From positions 1 through 19,667 of the forward strand of contig JAYTHY010000132.1 of the NCBI GenBank assembly GCA_043732185.1: 19,667 nt of DNA. Direction: 5' to 3'. Shown here in pieces: positions 18,144-19,667 of this stretch; the stretch's first letter is position 1; the number at the start of each line of letters is the position of its first letter. The stretch is from Fibrobacteria bacterium. GTDB lineage: Bacteria > Fibrobacterota > Fibrobacteria > UBA11236. A model generated the notes under the pieces. It searched no databases. It was given only the letters and a program-made list of their open reading frames with translations, and had not been told where the DNA came from. A program made the translations under genes and the position numbers.

Positions 18144-18781
18144 AGCCGGGTCAGCTAAAAATATGGACCGGACTCACCCTCGCCCTCCTGGCCCTTTCGA
18201 CGTGGTTGTCCAATGGTGTGCTATTCAAGCAAGTGGTGCACACGGATTCCAACTTGGCCCAGCTTATTCCCTCCACTCTCGGTCCCTGGAAAGAAATCCA
18301 ATCCAGCCCAGCCACAGCTAGTGAAATTCGAGGTTTGGAAACCCGCGATATCATCAAACGCACCTATTCCAATGGTGCACAATATATCGAACTGGTTGTG
18401 GCCTATATCGCACAGAGCAATCGCAAATCCGCTCATGCCCAAGAGGCCTGCCTGCGTGGGTCCGGGGCGTTGGTTGGAAGCGTCAATCGCGTCCACTTGC
18501 ACAACCTGCCCATCGATGCCAAAGCCATTTCCATCGACAACGGAAGCAACCGCTCCTTTGTGTATTACTGGTATAAAATCGGAACGGTGTATACTGCCGA
18601 CTATCTCAAATCCAGCTTCCAAATGTTTTTTGGCGGGCTAGTAGGAAAGAAAACGCATGGCGCCTCTTTGATACGGCTTTTGACGCCTACCAACAAAAGC
18701 GAAACCGAAGCGACCATCCAAGAGCGCATCGAGGATTTCAGCCGCTTTTTGCTCCCGGAACTTGAAAAAAATCTGCCGTAG
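18140..18781 (+). CDS. epsI: Exosortase-associated EpsI family protein
   Basis: N-terminal TM, IPSTLGPW, KRTYSN, SAHAQEACLRGSG (HxxExC motif), YYWY, LIRL. ATGA overlap with the exosortase gene. Confidence 0.88.
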   Translation: MKPGQLKIWTGLTLALLALSTWLSNGVLFKQVVHTDSNLAQLIPSTLGPWKEIQSSPATASEIRGLETRDIIKRTYSNGAQYIELVVAYIAQSNRKSAHAQEACLRGSGALVGSVNRVHLHNLPIDAKAISIDNGSNRSFVYYWYKIGTVYTADYLKSSFQMFFGGLVGKKTHGASLIRLLTPTNKSETEATIQERIEDFSRFLLPELEKNLP

Positions 18782-18808
18782 AGGTGTTTGAGCTTTCCGT
18801 TTTTACCG

Positions 18809-18844
18809 TGTAAAGCCTTTCGTCTAATGTCGGATTCTTTTACA
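18809..18844. promoter_or_regulatory. Candidate PrsR enhancer (PEP-CTERM-box-like): two 17-bp boxes in inverted arrangement
   Basis: TGTCGGATTCTTTTACA (18828-18844, TGT-N11-ACA) and an imperfect inverted copy TGTAAAGCCTTTCGTCT (18809-18825). They lie about 60-95 bp upstream of the sigma-54 GG. Confidence 0.6.
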
Positions 18845-18903
18845 ACCCACCCAAAACCATCCTTCCTATACTTCATTTCCCAATTAAAAAGGCCCATATG
18901 GTC

Positions 18904-18919
18904 AGGCACGGTCTTCGCT
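18904..18919 (+). promoter_or_regulatory. Sigma-54 (RpoN) -24/-12 promoter of the PEP-CTERM gene
   Basis: AGGCACGGTCTTCGCT, with GG at 18905-18906, exactly 10 nt, then GC at 18917-18918. Resembles TGGCACG-N4-TTGC. RBS AAGGA at 18946-18950. Confidence 0.8.
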
Positions 18920-18956
18920 CTATGAATGATAGAGAAAAACCAGTTAAGGACATATT

Positions 18957-19505
18957 ATGAAGAAACTACTCCTCGCTCTACTGACCGCCGGCATCGCCAG
19001 CACGCAAGCCGCCGTTATCGAATGGACCACCAGCAATGACGTAGGATTCGGTGCCGATGCCCTGTTTCACGACGGCATCTATTCCGGCAAAATCAGCGAC
19101 GTAGCCTATGACGATGGCGGAATTTCCATCAGCGACTGGGTCGTGGGTAAATATGCCATTATCAATTTGAACACAAATATGTTCTTCCTGTCGACCACCA
19201 ACAATCCTGCCTCTACGGGCGCATTCCTCACCGCTTCGTTCGGATTTGACATCACCGCCGCCAATTTCGGAACGGCCACCGGTTACACTTTAACCGGCGT
19301 ATCCGTTGACGTCTCTTCCGGTTCGCAAGCCTTGACCGAATTCGCAGCAGCCATTGCAATTGCCCCGGCAGCAACCTACAAGTTCTCGTTCATCTCACCC
19401 CTTGGCAATGGTCAAGTCGCTTCCGTACCCGAGCCCACGACGATTGGTTTGATGGGCCTTGGAATTCTTGGCTTGGCTTTCGGCGTCCGTCGCCGCAAAG
19501 TCTAA
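18957..19505 (+). CDS. PEP-CTERM sorting-domain surface protein
   Basis: Sec signal peptide MKKLLLALLTAGIASTQA, Ser/Thr/Ala/Gly-rich body, then C-terminal VPEPTT + TM helix + RRRK. Confidence 0.95.
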   Translation: MKKLLLALLTAGIASTQAAVIEWTTSNDVGFGADALFHDGIYSGKISDVAYDDGGISISDWVVGKYAIINLNTNMFFLSTTNNPASTGAFLTASFGFDITAANFGTATGYTLTGVSVDVSSGSQALTEFAAAIAIAPAATYKFSFISPLGNGQVASVPEPTTIGLMGLGILGLAFGVRRRKV

Positions 19506-19515
19506 GGAACCTGGA

Positions 19516-19539
19516 ACAGGGCTAACGCGTTAGCTCTGT
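19516..19539. repeat. Palindrome/hairpin just downstream of the PEP-CTERM gene
   Basis: Perfect 14-bp palindrome GCTAACGCGTTAGC (19521-19534), extendable to ACAGG...TCTGT with one G-U pair. Confidence 0.7.
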
Positions 19540-19592
19540 GTAAATGGCCGAATACGCGGCCGTGCACGTGTTCAAACTGAAATTTTGACTGT

Positions 19593-19627
19593 AAGACTGG
19601 GCTGCTTGTTGGCCCAGTCTTTTTTTT
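19593..19627 (+). terminator. Rho-independent terminator
   Basis: Stem AAGACTGGGC / GCCCAGTCTT followed by a T run to 19627. Confidence 0.88.
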
Positions 19628-19667
19628 AGGCCTTTGTCGCTCGCCAGGCGCGTCAGGGCTTGAGCCA

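Noticed and set aside
1952..18909. Numerous 60-240 aa antisense and alternate-frame ORFs in the ORF track (e.g. 1952-2677, 2659-3267, 7207-7821, 10853-11542, 11612-12289)
   Set aside because: They overlap well-supported genes and show no domain motifs. They are expected shadow ORFs from codon bias.
19516..19539. CTAAC...GTTAG palindrome resembling attC core sites
   Set aside because: Only 2 nt separate the AAC and GTT boxes. There are no L boxes, both 7-mers deviate from RYYYAAC/GTTRRRY, and it is far too short for an attC.
1..19667. CRISPR array, tRNA/rRNA, IS or transposase
   Set aside because: No spaced repeat array, cloverleaf or rRNA-like segment, or transposase motif was seen. Nearly all sequence is explained by the CDSs listed.

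Overview
Gene-dense chromosomal window from a diderm bacterium; the lineage cannot be fixed from sequence alone. It has four modules. (1) An intact, unusually long integron integrase (IntI, ~403-1836) with an extra N-terminal core-binding-like domain. Its upstream attI/promoter region lies at 1-402, and no attC or cassette is visible in the window. (2) A convergent TetR-TolC-MFP-RND efflux operon (8172->1852). (3) A two-gene island: an apparently leaderless, antitoxin-less PIN/VapC-like nuclease and a 68-aa membrane protein. (4) A compact PEP-CTERM/exosortase locus arranged as a divergon. Wzc-like BY-kinase, prsK and prsR lie on the minus strand. A PrsT-like TPR protein, exosortase, epsI and a PEP-CTERM substrate lie on the plus strand. 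The substrate gene has a sigma-54 -24/-12 promoter, a pair of inverted candidate enhancer boxes and an intrinsic terminator. The most interesting points are the tandem-domain integrase with a possible internal start and a CRP-like box, and the self-contained regulator + sortase + substrate circuit with a readable candidate PrsR enhancer.
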